From an uncultured Verrucomicrobiae bacterium (GTDB taxonomy: Bacteria; Verrucomicrobiota; Verrucomicrobiia; Limisphaerales; Palsa-1400), in assembly GCA_963702845.1 (NCBI GenBank), contig OY969763.1, positions 3,840,001 through 3,904,000 on the forward strand: DNA of 64,000 nucleotides. Reading direction: 5' to 3'. The first letter of the stretch is position 1. Every line of letters starts with the position of its first letter. Below are positions 49,675 to 59,803 of this stretch, in pieces. The notes beneath the pieces were generated by a model. It had not been told where the DNA came from, made no database searches, and was given only the letters and a program-made list of their open reading frames with translations. Position numbers and translations under genes: made by a program.

Positions 49675-51182
49675 TCACTTCTGCCCCCCGTTACCTTCTT
49701 CGAAATACTGGACGCCCTTGAACTCAGTGATTTTTAAATACTGCTCCCAGTGCTTCATCAGAATCTGTCTCGTCCTGGTCTGGGGCACGACCAAATTTTC
49801 CGGCAGCGAATTCTTCAGCGCTTCATAAAGAACGCGTCCATCCAGCTTTTCTTTCGGCTCAATCCCGAGCACGTGCAGCACAGTCGGCGTGACATCTAAA
49901 TTGCCGCTCGGCAGCTCGCTTTTGAGGCCTGCACGAAAATCTGGTCCGGCGGCGATGAGCGTATTGTGCATGTCGAATAGGCAAAGCGTCACATGGGCGC
50001 CCTGGCCCGGCTTGTAACTGGTGCCATCGGTCACGACTGTGCCCGGCACTCCGAAGCGATTGCGTCTTTGTTCCAGCGCAATGAGATGACGATGTCCGGA
50101 GCTTCCGGTGAATCGATGTGGACGGGTTTCAACGGGAACGTCGCAGGAATATTGTCGCGAGTAAAAATGACGCCCGTGTATTTCCAGCCCTGCAAAAACC
50201 TGACCACATCGGCAACGATTTTTCGGTCATGACCAATCACATAAACCATCGTCGAACCGCTGTTACTCGCGACAACGATGTCGCCGTCCTTCGGTTTGGC
50301 AGAATACTTTCGCGCTGCGTGAAATCCGGCTCGCGTCAGGTCGCCGGGCAAATCGGCATTGTCGGTGATGGTCGAACAGCCATGATCGGAAACGACGACA
50401 ACGTCTGTCGAATCACGAACACCTTTCTTCTCCAACGCACGCAGAATTTTCGCAAGGTTATCGTCTGAATTACGAATGGCGGCAAGCGCCTGCGGTGACC
50501 CTGGACTGTATTTGTGCTGCGCGAGGTCAGGTTGATTCATCCACACAAACGAAAAGGTCGGCACCTCGTTTTTCCACAAATTATTGAGCATGGCGTCGAC
50601 GGTCCAATCCGTTCGAGACGGCTTCGCTTCTTCTTCGGGAAAAGATCCAAAATGATTCGTCAGTTCCGCGCCCAATGACTCCGGCAACGCACCTCCGGCA
50701 TAGATATTTACTCCCTGTTTTGTGGTCGCGCGAGCTTTGCGATCCAACAACAGCGCAATGGGTTTCGAACCAACGACGACCGCTGTTCCACCGGACGCAC
50801 GAACCGTTTCCGCCAGTGTCGGAGCAGCGATGTATTCGCCGTGCTGAACTTCGTCGCCTTTGCGAACCGACGCCAAAGCTTCAGTATGCACATCCGCGAG
50901 TTCGTCGACGTAAGGCCGGTATTCATGGTTTCCCATGATGTGATTGCGCGCGGGATTCACGCCAGTCGCGATAACCGTGCCGTTCACTTCCGTAGCGCTC
51001 GGGTATGCGGCATGATGTTTGGTAAACGTGACACCCTGTTGCGAAAGCTGGAACAACGTCGGACAATTCGACGCGTTCACAAAATCCGGCCGCATGCCAT
51101 CCCACACGACGAGGACGACGTGTTTGGCGGCGTGGACGTGAATTGCAACGAGCGAAAAGAGACAAACAAGAAAGGAGCGCAT
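49675..51182 (-). CDS. Alkaline phosphatase superfamily (nucleotide pyrophosphatase-like) protein, frameshift near 50055
   Basis: VVWDGMRPD, VVVSDHG, then GAH...DMHNTLIAAGPDF...NLDVTPTVL in the second ORF. Confidence 0.85.
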
Positions 51183-51251
51183 CAAATGTTCAGTGTTTAG
51201 TTTCTAAAGCTGAATACTGAATACTGAAAACTGAACAGTGGCAAACTTGAA

Positions 51252-51464
51252 CTACACCGGAGTTCCGAACGTCTGCGTCTTCAGAATGGTAAGTTCGCTC
51301 AAATCAAACCACTCGCACTCCGGCCCATCCGGTTCCCGGCACATTTTGATTCGCTGACCGTCTGGCGAGAGTTCCATGACAAAACCTTCCAGGACACGCC
51401 GGTCATTGGGCCGATGCAGTTGGAACCGAACCCAATCATACTCCTTCAGAACCTCTGCTTGCAT
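51252..51464 (-). CDS. Small hypothetical protein
   Basis: 70-aa ORF with ATG start and beta-rich composition, co-oriented with the downstream gene. Confidence 0.5.
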   Translation of the reverse strand: MQAEVLKEYDWVRFQLHRPNDRRVLEGFVMELSPDGQRIKMCREPDGPECEWFDLSELTILKTQTFGTPV

Positions 51465-51553
51465 GAATAAAGATAGCGCGAGTCACCGCACCTGTCGCGG
51501 GATCGCTCTTGGCATCAGATGTTCACAGTTCTAGAGTTGGGCGAGGATCACGA

Positions 51554-51973
51554 ATGAGTGAAGAACGATCAATGCGATGGCCGATTTGGATTGCTATCAT
51601 CTTTCTTTGCGCCGTTATCTGCAGCCTTTATCTACCGCAACTCGCAACCAGCGGACGGCCAAGTCCGAAAAGTAATATCATACGAAAATGGCAGCTAGAA
51701 CAGATTGCGGTGGGCTGTGTCTATTACTTTGCGGATTACCATTCTTGGCCGACAAACCTCCAAAACCTATACAAAAATGGAAATGCACGGCATCTCGTCT
51801 TCGTAAACTGCCAAACAAACGATGCGTGGGGTCACTCAATTATGTACGAATCGTTCGATAATGCGCGAGGATTTGGACTGCTGAAGAGTCTTGGGCGAGA
51901 CGGCAACCCCGGCGGCACTGGCCTGGATCAGGACATCGAAATCCGATTCAACGCAAAAGGCGTTCTTCGATAA
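51554..51973 (+). CDS. Type II secretion GspG-like pseudopilin
   Basis: N-terminal TM; WPTNLQNL, DAWGH, SLGRDGNPGGTGLDQDI. Confidence 0.7.
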   Translation: MSEERSMRWPIWIAIIFLCAVICSLYLPQLATSGRPSPKSNIIRKWQLEQIAVGCVYYFADYHSWPTNLQNLYKNGNARHLVFVNCQTNDAWGHSIMYESFDNARGFGLLKSLGRDGNPGGTGLDQDIEIRFNAKGVLR

Positions 51974-51986
51974 GTGAACGAAGACA

Positions 51987-52070
51987 CTGCGCGAAACCTT
52001 GCGCCAACTTTGCCTCAGGCTTGCCGGAAGCTTTGCGGGCGCCTTGCGCTGGCTTTGCGGGGGTTTCCGG
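51987..52070. repeat. About 11-bp-phased TTGC array
   Basis: TTGC at 51999, 52010, 52021, 52033, 52044, 52055. Confidence 0.7.
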
Positions 52071-52371
52071 TCGGGTTCAGGAAGCTATGATGCCGCTGGA
52101 GATAGGCGCTCCGCGTGAGGCTTAAAAAAGTTTAAATCGTGAGAACTGACACGGGATTTAGCCCACGTTTTTTGGTCACACCAGATATGCGAGGCGTTGC
52201 CGGAACGCGCGCTTGCTTTGGGCGGTTTTCGTGAGATCAAACGTCATTCGGTGTGTTTGATTGCTGCAATGGTATTCTTGACGTTCACAGTCCCGGGCAG
52301 TTCCCCCCAATGCCAAAAGCGGTGGCAAGCCACCGCACTCCATTCGCATCGCGACGATCCGATGCTTAACC

Positions 52372-55017
52372 TCAATTCGTTATATACTGCGTCGCGCGGT
52401 GCGTTGGGGTGATGGTGACGGCTGGGGCGGCATAGTCCTCGGGATTAATCGGTCCGGTGTATGGACCAACAGAAGGTAATTCCGGGTAGAGGCCTGGATT
52501 TCGGACGTCCATGCTATCAAAGGTATCCGTGACGATGAAATGTTGGTGCGGCGCGATCTGAATGTCTCGGCGCATGAGCACTTGTACTCCAATTGTCGGA
52601 GGTCCGATTAGTACGTCACGAAGCGACGGAGACGGAGACGGAGGCGGAGGCGGCAGTACCGGCGTCGTGACGAGTTGCCATGCGTCTTGAAAACTGAAAA
52701 ACGCGGTCGCCCCGAGTTCCGCGTCGATTGAGCTTTCGTCAGCCAGGACAAAGCCGTCATCGTATGTTCCCAACGAAGCCAAAGGCGTGGCGCGCAGGAC
52801 TATCAAGACGCTGTGGTCGGTGTCGAGCGTGTAGCCGATGTTTTCGCCGCCAATGAGAGCATTGACGTGAAATGGATTGTGCCCGGCGAAGGTGATCGTG
52901 CCAGCAACCAGGCCCGTCGCCGGATCAAAGGTCAGGTTCATCGTCACATTCGATTGGCCCGGCATGGCGACGATTCGATTGTTCGCCGGCGAATAAATGA
53001 ATTGGGCCGAGTAACTGATCGTATCGTTAGCGATCATAATCTCGCCTACGGCGAAATTGGTCAGGATAGATTTGCCGATGTCGGGTGTATATCTGCCGAT
53101 GACCAGATCCAAATTTTCCACGACCCCAGCGGGATAAACCTTCGCGCTCGCATTGGGCGGCTTCACCCAACGTCCACCGCTGGCACTCAAGGGAAAGAGA
53201 AACTCGAGGTTGAGGGTCGCGAGAATCATTCCGTCGCCGCCGTTAAGCGGGATGAAGATGGCGATCGAATGGTCTTTGCGGACGGGCGTTGAGAACGTCA
53301 CCGCGGGCGAGCCGTCGGCTAGATGCATGACCACATTGGCCTGCCCCTTCGGCGTGACGACGACTGAGCCGTAGCTGGCACCGACGCTCAAGTTAGCTAC
53401 GTCATCCACGAAATTGTAGAGCCCGGGCGCGACGGCATTGGTGGAGGATTGGACCAACGGCATCGGCGACAATATCAGGGACGAAATAGTCATCGAGAGC
53501 GTTGGTGTCGGCAAGAGATGACCAGAGCCGTCGCTCGGGAAACGGATGTTGCCGGATAAAGATCGGTCCGCGCCGGTCGCGAACGTTGAATTGACCGCGT
53601 CGGGGTCCTCGAAGTCGGCATCGAAACGCAATTTGCCGGCAATGGGAAAGCGGCCCGCTCTAAACAAGACGGTGCCGGTGTATGTGCCGTCGGGCTTTAC
53701 CGTGATGATGGTGTAACCGGAATTGGCCGACGATGGATTGTTATGGAGGGGAGGCCGAAAAGTGTCAAAGAACGGGCCCGAGTAAGTGCCAGCGATTGCC
53801 GGGAATGGGTTCGTGACGAAATTCCCGACGATGGTCATGTTCGATTGCATCAGGAAATTCCAGGGATTGAGCGTTGAGAGCACTTTAAAATCGCCGTCGC
53901 GCCAATCGCGGAAGACGGTGTTGGTGTCTTTCGGTTTGCCGGCGACGGTGTAACCGCGTCCGACCTCAAGCATCGCGCCATCGCGCACACCTCTGCTGCC
54001 GATGACGGTGCCATTGCCCGAGGTTAAGAGCGTCAGCGGACTGCGCACGGAGTAGAAGATGCGGCGCGTGACGATCGATGAAACGTTTTGGCACAAGTCG
54101 AAGCCCGACACCCAAAACCAGTTCGTGCCCGGAACGAGATTGACGATATTGAAACCGGTCGTCCACGTCGATTGTTTTGGAAAGTCAGGGGTATTTTCGA
54201 TAGCGTACAACCAACCATTAAAAGCCGACACTCCTAGTGAAGGATCGTCTCCCGGCGCAGCCAAACGCCACACCGGCGCGAAGGTCGCCAGGTTATCGGT
54301 GATCGTGCCGGTCACTTCGATGCTCGGGGTGTTGGTCGCTTGATGCGGCGCAGGCGATGTGATGGTGAGTGTCGCCGGAAGGAAATCGCCCACCACGGTG
54401 CAACTGCCGCTGTTCAATGGTACAGGCGAGGATGCCGGCGTGTTGACCTTGTTGGAGAGATGGTAGACGCAATCGATTATCCGCTCGTACTTTCCGAAAG
54501 CCACGAACGCCGAAATGCCCCCTACAGGCGGATAGGTATAATTAGTCGAGGTCGCCATGTGTTCCAAACCCAGCGCACCAGATCGCCCGGTGGCGGTCCC
54601 GCTCAAAACGTTATGGGCCCAGCTCAGCGTGAGCGTTTTCACGACCGCATAATGCGGATTGCCATTTGTATTAGGAGTGTTGTGGTAAAACTTGAACGTC
54701 GCGCTCGTCGCACCCGGCGTATAAGAACTGATGATCGGGTTGTCGTCGTTTGGCATTCCCCATAAGTCCCCATAAAGCGCTGCACCGGCCCCTCCAATAT
54801 CGAAGAAAGTGTCAAAGCCGATCGGCCCGACGTTGGTCATGACGATCCCGGAAAACACCAGCGACGCCGCGCCATTGGTGACGATGGACGTCGTGTGCGT
54901 GACGGGATTGGTGACGAGGACCTCGTTCCACGTTTCGGACATCGAAAAAGTCGGAACAGCCTGCGCGCTAAGCGTCGTTGCCAGCAGCAAAAGGGATAAC
55001 AGGCGAATTAGTTTCAT
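52372..55017 (-). CDS. Large secreted beta-rich protein (Ig-like and bacterial-repeat domains)
   Basis: Signal peptide MKLIRLLSLLLLATTLSAQA; TLTITSP...VTGTITDN; LEVGRGYTVAGKP...FRDW...MQSNMTIVGNFVTNPF. Confidence 0.75.
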   Translation of the reverse strand: MKLIRLLSLLLLATTLSAQAVPTFSMSETWNEVLVTNPVTHTTSIVTNGAASLVFSGIVMTNVGPIGFDTFFDIGGAGAALYGDLWGMPNDDNPIISSYTPGATSATFKFYHNTPNTNGNPHYAVVKTLTLSWAHNVLSGTATGRSGALGLEHMATSTNYTYPPVGGISAFVAFGKYERIIDCVYHLSNKVNTPASSPVPLNSGSCTVVGDFLPATLTITSPAPHQATNTPSIEVTGTITDNLATFAPVWRLAAPGDDPSLGVSAFNGWLYAIENTPDFPKQSTWTTGFNIVNLVPGTNWFWVSGFDLCQNVSSIVTRRIFYSVRSPLTLLTSGNGTVIGSRGVRDGAMLEVGRGYTVAGKPKDTNTVFRDWRDGDFKVLSTLNPWNFLMQSNMTIVGNFVTNPFPAIAGTYSGPFFDTFRPPLHNNPSSANSGYTIITVKPDGTYTGTVLFRAGRFPIAGKLRFDADFEDPDAVNSTFATGADRSLSGNIRFPSDGSGHLLPTPTLSMTISSLILSPMPLVQSSTNAVAPGLYNFVDDVANLSVGASYGSVVVTPKGQANVVMHLADGSPAVTFSTPVRKDHSIAIFIPLNGGDGMILATLNLEFLFPLSASGGRWVKPPNASAKVYPAGVVENLDLVIGRYTPDIGKSILTNFAVGEIMIANDTISYSAQFIYSPANNRIVAMPGQSNVTMNLTFDPATGLVAGTITFAGHNPFHVNALIGGENIGYTLDTDHSVLIVLRATPLASLGTYDDGFVLADESSIDAELGATAFFSFQDAWQLVTTPVLPPPPPSPSPSLRDVLIGPPTIGVQVLMRRDIQIAPHQHFIVTDTFDSMDVRNPGLYPELPSVGPYTGPINPEDYAAPAVTITPTHRATQYITN

Positions 55018-55244
55018 GGTTGATTTGCACCCATCATCGCGAACAAAAACGGCCAATAGTTTTGGTTGTGCAGGACGACGTTTTTGACACAAATGGGGTT
55101 ACATTCCAAGCGTAATCGCCCCGCCCCCCAGCCGCTGCCACGGTCAAAAAGGGGTCAGTTAATAGTATTGTCACATCAAGGTTACTGCTTAAAAAAGTGG
55201 TTTATTTGAAACCTGAACACCGAAAACTAGCAGCTCCCTGGCGC

Positions 55245-55329
55245 TTGACAATACCGTAACTTCACTACACAGTATGCAGAAGCAGCCGGTCGCTACCGGC
55301 ATCCCCAAAACGGGGATCGTTCTTTGACA
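55245..55329 (+). promoter_or_regulatory. Promoter TTGACA-N17-CACAGT, hairpins and boxA-like CGTTCTTTGACA (element copy B head)
   Basis: Hairpins at 55285-55300 and 55301-55317; homologous to 14329-14461. Confidence 0.7.
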
Positions 55330-55433
55330 TTCGATGTAGCCGCCGAAGTGATGAGGCGGATGGCCGGATTGCACCTAATTGCAGTCAAAATTTAAAAAAC
55401 AGGTGGGGACGATCGCGCTGCGTCGCCCTGGGG

Positions 55434-55550
55434 GCGATAAATGAGAAACATATTCTTCTCCAATGTTTCTCATTTGTTTCTCCGAAGTTTCTCCATGTTT
55501 CTCCAATGTGCCACAATGAGAAGGAATGTGCCACAATGTGCCACATTTTT
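55434..55550 (+). repeat. Dispersed repeat copy B
   Basis: 108/117 identity to the reverse complement of 13853-13969. Confidence 0.95.
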
Positions 55551-55753
55551 GAATTTTTTGGCAAGGGCTTCCCAGATGGTGTGCCCTAAACACCGAAACA
55601 ACCGCCGTGAATCCGCGGGTTGATATCGCATCGCGATAGCAAGAGGTGCAACGTTTCGACCGAATAGCAGAGACGGCGACGTTGAAACTGGACTACGCAA
55701 TCGTATGAGGCGCACGCGCCATCAATATTCCGTTCAGCCTCAAGCCACTACTG

Positions 55754-56935
55754 TCAGCTTTCCAGGTCGCGTTGCCAAACGCGCGGCAGCACTTTCCAAC
55801 TCCACCAAATCACCCCAAGCGACCAGAAAATCGCGCCATAAATATAATGCGACGCCATGATCTTCGGCCAGAAGTCGCCGCTGATACGTGTGATCATTGC
55901 GAACCACATAATACCGGTGACCCAAAGCAGCCATCGATTGGGTTTCGACATTAGCGCCAGGTTTCCGCTGTGTCCGAAGATTACGCGGGTCGCGACGCTG
56001 AACGTGATGACGGCGAAACCACCAACGAGCGTGAGGTGAAGCAAGCCGACGCGCCATTGCGGAAACACGCTCACAAAGAAAAACCCGGCGAGCATTGACG
56101 CGAACGCCAGCTTCAACACGAGACTGAAAGCGTTCTTGATTTTCGCGCGTCGAAACAGCGGCAGTTCGAACACGACATAGAACGCGCTCGTGACAAACCG
56201 TAATGCAGAACCGAGCCGATACCAGCCATCGGCTTCCAACCAGAATGACGCCAGAATCAAGACTGCTGTCAGCAACGCCGGCCATGCCCGAGCCATCCAA
56301 CTGGCACTTGGCCTCTTCGCTTCTGGAAAATCATGCGGATTCGGCAGGCCGAAAAAACGCGGCAGCACAAATGCGCCCACGCCAAGAATCGGGAATAGCA
56401 CGAAGCCTTGATAGGACAACAAATGCTGCAACAACGGACGGGCCGGCGGCTCATCGGAATAACTGGCAACAATCCCCAATACCGCTCCTGCAGCCGCGCA
56501 CAGCAATCCGAGCAGCACGAGAATAAATCCCGGTGGCGGTGTGTCCTGTCGTTTCGGAAATCGCCAGGCAATACAGCCGAAAAAGCAAATGAGCACAGCG
56601 AGGAATAATTCATCGCCCAATGGAATTTTCCCAAAAAAATACGCGCCAGCCATCGCGATATAAATCAAGGCGAGCAAAAATGCTTCGACCACAGTGAACG
56701 GCCGGACCGACAACATCCGCGGCATCGCCGTCCCGAGGAATCCAAATATGAATCCACCGAACAGTCCGTATGCCATGAGCCGCGCATGGCTCAGCCCGGG
56801 ATAGAGTTTCATCACTCCACCGAAATGCAACGGCCACAACAAGACCCCCGCTAGCCCAACGAGAACGGCTAACGGAAGAAATAAACGAAACGGCTCCGCC
56901 GCCAATTCCCGCATTGTGATGCGCGACTGATTCAT
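55754..56935 (-). CDS. nnrS: NnrS-family membrane protein
   Basis: EPFRLFLP, HARLMAYG...GFLGTAMPR, LHLTLVGG, ATRVIFGHSG. Confidence 0.85.
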   Translation of the reverse strand: MNQSRITMRELAAEPFRLFLPLAVLVGLAGVLLWPLHFGGVMKLYPGLSHARLMAYGLFGGFIFGFLGTAMPRMLSVRPFTVVEAFLLALIYIAMAGAYFFGKIPLGDELFLAVLICFFGCIAWRFPKRQDTPPPGFILVLLGLLCAAAGAVLGIVASYSDEPPARPLLQHLLSYQGFVLFPILGVGAFVLPRFFGLPNPHDFPEAKRPSASWMARAWPALLTAVLILASFWLEADGWYRLGSALRFVTSAFYVVFELPLFRRAKIKNAFSLVLKLAFASMLAGFFFVSVFPQWRVGLLHLTLVGGFAVITFSVATRVIFGHSGNLALMSKPNRWLLWVTGIMWFAMITRISGDFWPKIMASHYIYGAIFWSLGVIWWSWKVLPRVWQRDLES

Positions 56936-57067
56936 CGCATTACGATACGAACGACGCGAAGGAACCGCTCACCGTTATTTGCGCTTACCCGCACAATTTT
57001 TGGTGCGGTTTTTGTGCGGTTTTTTCTTCGTTTCAATTCCGATTACCTCCAAAATACCGGCTCTACG

Positions 57068-58378
57068 ATGAACGTCAGCCGTCTGCTCCGTCTTTTTCCG
57101 ATTTTGTTCGCGTTCGCGCAAGTGCCGTTCAGCGCGTTGGCTCAGATTGACGACTACGAACAGCCTCCAATCAACTACTCCAAAGCGCAACCGCACGATG
57201 CGATCAGTCGTTTAGAAAAGCGCCTTGTTTCGGGCGGAGTGAAGTTCGCTGGTGACGACAAAGCGATCGCGCGCTCGCTCTTGCGTGAGTTGCAAATTCC
57301 TGAAGCGAGCCAAATCGTGGTCTTTTCGAAGACGAGTTTTCAACGCAAACGCATTGAACCGACCCATCCGCGCGCACTCTACTTTTCTGATTCCTGTTAC
57401 GTCGGGTGGGTTCCTGGCGGCCTGATGGAGATTACTACGATCGATCCTGAACTTGGTCCGGTCTTCTACTCGTTCGATCCGAGCGCGGTTCCGCAAAAGA
57501 ACTCGCCGCGCTTCACCCGCGACTCCGATTGCCTGACGTGTCACGCCACGAGCGGCGTTAACAACATGCCCGGCGTGTTCGCGCGTTCAGTTTTTCCGGA
57601 CAGCGACGGCGAACCGCTGCTCCGTCACGGTTCTGAAATGGTCGACTATCGCACGCCGTTCGACCATCGCTGGGGTGGTTGGTATGTCACCGGCCAACAC
57701 GGCACCGCGACTCATCGCGGAAATGTTTTCGCACAGGAACGCGGAGATGAGCTTGTCGTTGATTTTCACAAAGGCGCAAATATTATGAACCTCTCGACCT
57801 TTTTTGAATCGGGCAATTACCTTCGCGGTGACAGCGACATCGTTGCCTTGATGGTTTTCGAGCACCAGCTCGCGATGCAAAATGCCATCGTCCAGGCAAA
57901 CTTCCGCTGCCGTCGCATGATGGATTATCAACGCAAACTCCAGCATGATCTAAAAGAGACAGTCACCGAAGAGCCCACCTACGACAGCGTAAAAAGTGTC
58001 TTCGCCAGTTGCTCGCGTGACGTTGTCGATTGTCTTCTTTTCAAAGACGAAGCGGCGTTGCCGGACGACATCAAAGGCTCGGCCGCTTTTCAACGCGCGT
58101 TCGAGGCGAATGCGAAAACCGTCAAAGGCATCGGCTCATTGAAGGACCTCTCGTTGCAAGGCCGTCTCTTCGAGAATCGCTGTAGTTACCTGATCTACTC
58201 CGAATCGTTTCTCGCGCTGCCAAAATTATTAAAGGAACGGATCTACGTCGGGCTCGATAAGGCGCTTAGGAGCAAATCTCCTGACGAACGTTACAACTAC
58301 CTCAACAATGACGAACGCGCGCGCATCGTCAGAATTCTTCGCGCCACCCATCCTGACCTTGCGGTGAAGTGGCGCTGA
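57068..58378 (+). CDS. Secreted hypothetical protein with one CxxCH motif
   Basis: Signal peptide; VFSKTSFQ...PRALYF, CLTCH, RWGGWYVTG, SDIVALMVFEHQ. Confidence 0.75.
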   Translation: MNVSRLLRLFPILFAFAQVPFSALAQIDDYEQPPINYSKAQPHDAISRLEKRLVSGGVKFAGDDKAIARSLLRELQIPEASQIVVFSKTSFQRKRIEPTHPRALYFSDSCYVGWVPGGLMEITTIDPELGPVFYSFDPSAVPQKNSPRFTRDSDCLTCHATSGVNNMPGVFARSVFPDSDGEPLLRHGSEMVDYRTPFDHRWGGWYVTGQHGTATHRGNVFAQERGDELVVDFHKGANIMNLSTFFESGNYLRGDSDIVALMVFEHQLAMQNAIVQANFRCRRMMDYQRKLQHDLKETVTEEPTYDSVKSVFASCSRDVVDCLLFKDEAALPDDIKGSAAFQRAFEANAKTVKGIGSLKDLSLQGRLFENRCSYLIYSESFLALPKLLKERIYVGLDKALRSKSPDERYNYLNNDERARIVRILRATHPDLAVKWR

Positions 58379-58390
58379 CGGTAATCAAAC

Positions 58391-59803
58391 GTGGTGAATT
58401 TCCATTTGCGTTTTTTAGTCGCTGTCGTGTGTGGCGCATTGGCTGGCGGTTGCGCACATCGTTTCGACAGCAATGCCGACAAGCTCCCCGCTGAAGACAT
58501 ATCATTTTTGCGCGATCTCACGCGCGATGTAGTTAATGCTTCACGCGTCAAACCGGGATCAAATGGTGGCGGAAATTGCCCTTTCACCAACACGTGCGGG
58601 TTCAGTTTGATTACGCCCGGCAAAGACACGTATCAGGCGTTTTGGCCGCGCGATTTTTCCATGGCGCTCGGGTCGGGATTCGTCAGCACCGACGAGATGC
58701 GAAATCATCTCCTTCTTTTGTGCCGTGTTCAGAATGGTGCTACGGACAAACAACTCGCGAACGGGTTACACGTGCCGCCGTGGGCCATTCCGGACCATAT
58801 AAACTATGACAGGCGCGCAGTCTGGTTTCCCGGAACGATGAGTTCGGGCGAGGATCAAGGCTCCGGCGTTTGCGGCCGAATTCCCCCGCTGGATGACAAC
58901 TTTGAATTCATCCACATCGCTTTCACGCTTTGGAAAACAACGCACGATTCAAAATTTCTCAGTGAATCCGTCAATGGACTCACGGTATTCGAGCGGCTGC
59001 AAAATGCATTTGAATCGGTGAAAACGGATCCAATGACGGACCTCGTTGAAACCACCGAGGACGACCGAGGAGTCGGTTTCGGATTTTGTGACGCCGAGGC
59101 GCACACGGGCAAATTGCTGTTCGCATCGTTACTTCGGTTCCGCGCCGCTGATGAGATGGCTGAATTGTCCCGTATGTTGCATTCTAAAACGGGCGCCGCG
59201 CACTACAACAGAACGGCACGAAAAATCCGCGACAACATCGTACCCACGTTCCGCGACCCGATCGTTGGCGGTTGGTTGCGAGCATCGACCGGTTTAAGCA
59301 AACAACCTGATGTTTGGGGAACTCTCTATGCGCTTGAGCTTGGTGTGCTCGATAAGAAGTTTGCGAATGCTGCACGGTCAACGGTCGCCAACGCGGTCCG
59401 CTCAGGAACAATCACATTTGAAGGCGGCGTGCGCCATGTCCCGAAGATTTTCGACTTTAGTGCGACAACAGCATGGGAACGATCTATCGTGCCGTTGAAC
59501 ACGTATCAAAACGGCGGCTACTGGCACGCGGCTTCGGGCTGGTTGATCGACGTGTTGTGGACTGAAGATCGATCACTCGCCCTGAATATTTTCAACGATA
59601 TAATCGCACACTTGCGCAACCAAGATTTCCGTAAAGGTCCCGGTCACAGCGCGCCATGGGAGGTTTTTGGACCGAACACTGAGGCATTGCGGAACCCGGT
59701 TTATATGGCATCGGTCGCCTTACCATATTCGACACTCAAGAATCTTAGTGCTACTACCGATCAAAAGGTATTTTCCACGATTGCCGCACGGTCGCGAAAT
59801 TGA
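58391..59803 (+). CDS. Lipoprotein, probable six-hairpin glycoside hydrolase
   Basis: Lipobox LAGGC; YQAFWPRDFSM, YQNGGYW. Confidence 0.65.
   Translation: MVNFHLRFLVAVVCGALAGGCAHRFDSNADKLPAEDISFLRDLTRDVVNASRVKPGSNGGGNCPFTNTCGFSLITPGKDTYQAFWPRDFSMALGSGFVSTDEMRNHLLLLCRVQNGATDKQLANGLHVPPWAIPDHINYDRRAVWFPGTMSSGEDQGSGVCGRIPPLDDNFEFIHIAFTLWKTTHDSKFLSESVNGLTVFERLQNAFESVKTDPMTDLVETTEDDRGVGFGFCDAEAHTGKLLFASLLRFRAADEMAELSRMLHSKTGAAHYNRTARKIRDNIVPTFRDPIVGGWLRASTGLSKQPDVWGTLYALELGVLDKKFANAARSTVANAVRSGTITFEGGVRHVPKIFDFSATTAWERSIVPLNTYQNGGYWHAASGWLIDVLWTEDRSLALNIFNDIIAHLRNQDFRKGPGHSAPWEVFGPNTEALRNPVYMASVALPYSTLKNLSATTDQKVFSTIAARSRN

Noticed and set aside
51190..51240. 7-bp tandem tracts (ACTGAAT/ACTGAAA here, AAATCCG at 43497, TTCAGTA near 39320)
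   Set aside because: Short intergenic heptamer tracts with no associated gene here; treated as ordinary repeats.
13853..55550. Inverted copies A and B as the ends of a 41-kb transposon or invertible segment
   Set aside because: The enclosed DNA is core dcw and housekeeping genes, there is no recombinase in the window, and the promoter heads lie inside the repeats pointing outward; dispersed copies are more likely.
59754..59803. 50-bp convergent overlap of two glycoside hydrolase genes
   Set aside because: Short 3' overlaps are common and may reflect a lost stop codon or an indel.
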